From the UHGV virus genome UHGV-0134942: a DNA stretch of 34,876 nucleotides; one strand, 5' to 3'. The first letter of the stretch is position 1. The number at the start of each line of letters is the position of its first letter. The notes beneath the pieces were generated by a model. That model ran no database searches and had not been told where the DNA came from. It saw only the letters and a list, made by a program, of their open reading frames with translations. Source of the DNA: a virus. The position numbers and the translations under genes were made by a program. Below, piece by piece: positions 32,901 through 34,876 of this stretch.

Positions 32901-33748
32901 CAGATTATGAGATCACCACAGCACAGTTTGGCACCATTGGCATTTACAGCAATAAAGCCGAGATCAAGCAGGCAATGGACGCAGCAAGCGCGCGCATCGC
33001 AGCAGAACGGGAAGCCAATCTGAATCATGCAGTCGCCGCACTGACTCAATCGTGGGTAACAGCAATCAGGGAGGCCGCCACCACAGGGAAAATCACACCT
33101 GCAATTGCGGATGTCGTAAACGACGGCTCTAAATTTATGGATGCCTATCAAATGGATGCGGTGCAGTTGCCATCAGCCTATGGCCAACTCAGCTATCGCA
33201 TGACCTACAACCTGGTATCAATGTTTTCCGACCTTGCCATCCTTGGGCTGGTGGATCTTAACGAGGTTACGCCGGAATTGCTCAGCATGCGCAAGAATCA
33301 TGTGGAGATATTGCAGAGAATTAACACGGTTCTTGCCGGGCGCACCGATGAAGAGAAACAGGCCGACGCTGATCGGATAAACCTGGCCCTTGGCAACATC
33401 ACGGAGGAAGAGATTGCCGCCAGAAACGAGAAACAAGAAGAGTTATCATCAATACAGGGTGATGCCACCAGCATAGCTCAGTCTCTTGGTCTGAATTATC
33501 GCGTATCCACCGCCGACCTGAAGATGATGTACGCACCAAAATTCGCCGCTGGCGAGGTATTTGGGCTTCAGGAAGCCTCAGGCATGAAAGGCGTTCTTTT
33601 CCGTGCGAAAGACGCAATCAAGGCGAAATTCGGCGCTCGCTGGCTGCCAGCGAAGGCGAAGAACAGCGATTTCCCGGGTAACTGGTGGATTATCGAGACA
33701 AAACACAACGTGGCGGACGTTCTGGCCGTCATCCAACAATACGCATAA
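26981..33748 (+). CDS. darB: DarB-like anti-restriction protein: N6-adenine methyltransferase fused to a helicase (2255 aa)
   Basis: Methyltransferase motif I (LEPSAGTGVF) and motif IV (VVGNVPFGG); helicase Walker A (GFGTGLGKTTTALAL), DEGH box (IADEGHNYRN), TATP (LLTATPVVNTP) and motif VI (QRNGRGARVG). Length matches P1 DarB as recalled. Confidence 0.85.
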   Translation: MNKLSMGVFRCSSVSEILKYIRAITSHRAPIKYGVEKVEGKSYDRLRREANQKAIDLLNSLVDGATLTDEQRQILAGYTGEGGIGGSVSEYYTPKPIAEGVWEIMKLYGADVGNTLEPSAGTGVFNETKPVGTVMTATEISSVSGRINQLLHPEDSVQISPFEQLAINTPNDSFDHVVGNVPFGGRDNTRNIDKPYAEETDMGSYFMLRMLDKIKPGGFMCVIVPPSIVSGSNMKRLRLRLSRKAEFLGAHRLPTGTFDANGTSTVVDVVLMRKHPAEMAEKIPLVDEGTLESANVLWPTFISGKWFEKDGRRFVHGTQEKGFQGRIEVRADGQIDNQALKAKLIHRFESRIDWSLLDMAEPSPTADVVDEGEMRLINGVWQKYAGGRWIEADAGKELKIEVASYGADSWEALQRNLTTTEGRLGMTFTQMANVRDKYTTSISDDMVQLVDWINSQPEKYRERLYRGAMIGRMLIEYQDMKAAGHSAEQIEQQRLSLVSRLQAEIDRFGNPGRGPIAKLSGSGARAWFAFRGAIKLDGTISDELTGKLVTHDSIASYDSTSYQDTLRYLYSDLTRDPIQLDDFRLAFTGELPASDDELLNLLASTPGIAVSPYGGIVPFARATSGDINEIVAPKQEFLATLPDGPVKNNVLNQLAAIEEKRIKTPAENIRFKLNSRWFDRSVILEFLQENGYPDLRYVQSVQLEGDEMVSDTYHGGDGLFVGHRYGVVQRKDKETGEIRYEWDRKSGENATGFPAQLEKYLNGARIGGKDSATANGYREQMALLEDQFNKWIKTHDRYDELVAKYNDVFNSNIPYEHSGDPLGLKGLSGKRQPFDYQNSEVRRLSEDGRGILGFGTGLGKTTTALALEAFNYENGRSTRTAYVVPKSVLENWYYEAKEFLSEEAFSNYLFVGLDVLMDGDQIRQVPVLDENGKPVLGTDGTPVMRDALKLADEATITARMNAIPHSNYRAVVFTKEQYARIPLRDDTVDEHAQDMLYDFVAAGRVASAMDSDSHRKEAARRRVLSEYSDTGTEKAEKYPYFEDMGFDSVIADEGHNYRNSYKNGREASQLAYLPTSAVAQSARDMAIKNAYLMKKNGGRGPVLLTATPVVNTPIDAYNMLSHVLPKEYWQKMGIYGPDDFVKFFGKTRLETVQKISGEVEEKMALVGFENLDALRGIFHRWVTLKTAEDVKDTVEIPELDEHQQDAPLTEEQLAAYEELRQQAEAAAKANNGVTTSVNEDGVIEHEKARPIFSIIRDMDRVCTDMDLYYRRITYRFLPEYADAVQQLADSLPKQATSEDDDSDDSITQQSQYSLIDKGEFIQLQVPEAFEQEVNKRLARFGIDEQTVTHPVTPKYAKLIATLKEFFPEGKQIIFTDEKTQHQKLKRIICNALNLEPSKVGILNAQTVAEAGKTGKKLKAVKPPKELPDEPTDAQIAKYNEQMALYDAYIAQQNEMSLGGLEKIAADFQEGRTPIIICNKKAEVGINLHRGTTDIHHLTLPWTPASIAQRNGRGARVGSNRASVRVHYYCGKGSFDEYRLKTLKRKAGWISDILRSDKSEMDNADANDMIEMQMYTAKDDGERLAMMQVQMDKAKAAKRARQKEQATIDLQNYIKAQHAAGEDVEVLTAELERSKAELEKTTAEVAKFKQAAMAKAADNADWKARWGSVHHTDRMLLAQYRASLKSAIQRKANISQAISRYEKLLNRTQKAATDIKRLRPLVEDAINKGILDVDPDLVNHANEFLVIGDRSWRVGQYYDCAGDIVRIKSLDFDSQRADVEIIFTFKGTKSGNWDVKTLDKQVDVTPDEDAVMQKISGGVSIAGINDIISCDDFYRFQQRGMIKITDSYGVQTTESGYSIDFVGTYTAPLKHAVYPDRRDGALKSSIAKWVLGMMSEGNNRQIRSAETFLVELFGSNYGDVIASYGDTLSPEAIQEKIADAIARMPEKTSQGATRNGDSELEVTNAIFGTNEFRGSDYEITTAQFGTIGIYSNKAEIKQAMDAASARIAAEREANLNHAVAALTQSWVTAIREAATTGKITPAIADVVNDGSKFMDAYQMDAVQLPSAYGQLSYRMTYNLVSMFSDLAILGLVDLNEVTPELLSMRKNHVEILQRINTVLAGRTDEEKQADADRINLALGNITEEEIAARNEKQEELSSIQGDATSIAQSLGLNYRVSTADLKMMYAPKFAAGEVFGLQEASGMKGVLFRAKDAIKAKFGARWLPAKAKNSDFPGNWWIIETKHNVADVLAVIQQYA

Positions 33749-33781
33749 CAGGAGCGCCCGGTTCGCCGGGCGTCGCATAAT

Positions 33782-34222
33782 ATGGCCACACTATCTGATA
33801 CAATAAAACCGAATAAAACATATCTTGAGGCGGTACTCCGTACAGCGTTGTTAGGAAAGACAGAAGACGAATACGTTGATTTCTTCCTGTCAGGGCTACG
33901 CGGGCGATTACTGAAAAATCCCCGCCTGTACCGCAGCTATGGTCCATACTGGCCGGAAATTAAAAAATTATTACTGGAGCGCGGTTATGGTAATTTCGGT
34001 CGTCTCGTTGACCGTGACGTTCGCAAAATTTACCGTTATGACCGCCCGGCGCTAACACTCATAGCCGCGACGCTCTACAGCCAGGAGCGTTTTGATAATG
34101 GTCAGATATACTCAGCCTGGCATTTACTGCCAGTGCCTGAAGAAGTTGACGACCAGGACTATGAGTTTGAGTCTTACGATTTGGAAGTTGAAGCCTTGGC
34201 ACAGGCTGGAGAGAAAACTTGA
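33782..34222 (+). CDS. ulx: Hypothetical protein downstream of darB (146 aa)
   Basis: Track ORF; name by synteny only. Confidence 0.4.
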   Translation: MATLSDTIKPNKTYLEAVLRTALLGKTEDEYVDFFLSGLRGRLLKNPRLYRSYGPYWPEIKKLLLERGYGNFGRLVDRDVRKIYRYDRPALTLIAATLYSQERFDNGQIYSAWHLLPVPEEVDDQDYEFESYDLEVEALAQAGEKT

Positions 34223-34467
34223 AAAAGCGATACTACACAGTAAAGCATGGGACGCTACGAGCATTACAAGAGTTTGCTGATAAGCATAACGTTGAGGTGC
34301 GCAGGGAAGGGGGAAGTAAAGCTCTGCGCATGTACCGTCCGGACGGGAAATGGCGTACGGTCGTCGATTTCAAAACTAACAGCGTTCCCCAGGGCGTCCG
34401 CGACCGGGCATTCGAAGAATGGGAGCAGATCATCATAGATAACGCATTGCTCCTGAATGCTGATTAA
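34219..34467 (+). CDS. lxc: Small protein (82 aa), Lxc-like by position
   Basis: ATGA overlap with the upstream gene; name by synteny only. Confidence 0.4.
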   Translation: MKKRYYTVKHGTLRALQEFADKHNVEVRREGGSKALRMYRPDGKWRTVVDFKTNSVPQGVRDRAFEEWEQIIIDNALLLNAD

Positions 34468-34475
34468 ATCTTTGG

Positions 34476-34500
34476 CTATGCCTGGCTAAGCCAGGCATAG
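34476..34500. terminator. Perfect 11-bp palindrome between convergent genes (terminator-like)
   Basis: CTATGCCTGGC / TAA / GCCAGGCATAG; no strong U-tract on either strand. Confidence 0.45.
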
Positions 34501-34504
34501 GAAT

Positions 34505-34876
34505 TTACACAGTATCAATGTGTCTGCTAAGGAATCTCCCGAACTGATTTGTTGACCCAAAATAGTTAGGATAAGCCTTTTTAAGAGATTTAATGTTGTT
34601 AGTGGCAAGCAGCACCGCAATTAATACTTCAGGATCCGCATCATCCTTATTAAGTTCCTGGAGGGCTTGTTCCGATTCTTTTTTCCTAAAAGGTTTCACA
34701 GAAACAAGAAACTTTCCAGTATCCTTGCCATTTTTTGTTATGGCGTTTCTCATCCTCACCAAAAAGAATCCATTATGGTTTTTGGGCAGGCTTTTCTTTA
34801 GGTTTGCATCTGATGTCAGCTTCATTGCAAATGTATATGTACTTAATTTTGAGCGAACAGATAAAGCCTCCTCCAA
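34505..34876 (-). CDS. C-terminal part of an AT-rich gene of unknown function; 5' end lies beyond the window
   Basis: Open minus-strand frame to the window edge; low GC; converges on lxc, where P1 would carry co-oriented mod/res. Confidence 0.45.
   Translation of the reverse strand: MEEALSVRSKLSTYTFAMKLTSDANLKKSLPKNHNGFFLVRMRNAITKNGKDTGKFLVSVKPFRKKESEQALQELNKDDADPEVLIAVLLATNNIKSLKKAYPNYFGSTNQFGRFLSRHIDTV

Noticed and set aside
27301-33617. Numerous short ORFs on both strands inside darB
   Set aside because: darB is a continuous 2255-codon frame with ordered methyltransferase and helicase motifs; the embedded ORFs are frame artefacts.
34441-34457. ATTGCTCCTGAATGCTG near the lxc 3' end as an operator
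   Set aside because: Matches only the first 7 positions of the consensus.

Overview
This window reads as a segment of a P1-like (Punavirus-type) phage-plasmid, in reverse orientation to the canonical P1 map, carrying an IS1 flanked by two truncated genes and two regions that the P1-like backbone does not explain. The strongest anchors are a canonical SSB, a SAR-type endolysin with the N-terminal signal-anchor and Cys pattern of P1 Lyz, a 2255-aa methyltransferase-helicase fusion (DarB-like), a complete IS1 (insA/insB), and a Hok/Gef-family toxin. Other P1 gene names are assigned from synteny and protein size recalled from memory, not from any search. Left to right: hok/mok-like toxin locus; small membrane protein; repL-like and kilA-like genes with a C1-operator-like 17-mer upstream; an ant-like gene whose frame runs open into IS1; IS1; a 5'-truncated sit-like transglycosylase gene; tail/baseplate genes (pmgA, bplA, 16, R), a 1339-aa tail fibre (S) and its chaperone (U); a convergent AT-rich hexapeptide-repeat acetyltransferase; a ~1 kb GC-rich block with no convincing ORF; the lydA-lydB-hdf-darA-ddrA-ddrB late operon; a 320-aa hypothetical; ssb; lyz; pro-prt; darB-ulx-lxc; and a convergent AT-rich partial gene at the right edge. 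The Dar anti-restriction module is a described system. The candidates for something undescribed are the acetyltransferase plus the adjacent unassigned block (where P1 has cin and the invertible C-segment) and the right-edge gene (where P1 has mod/res). No tRNA, rRNA or CRISPR array was recognised.
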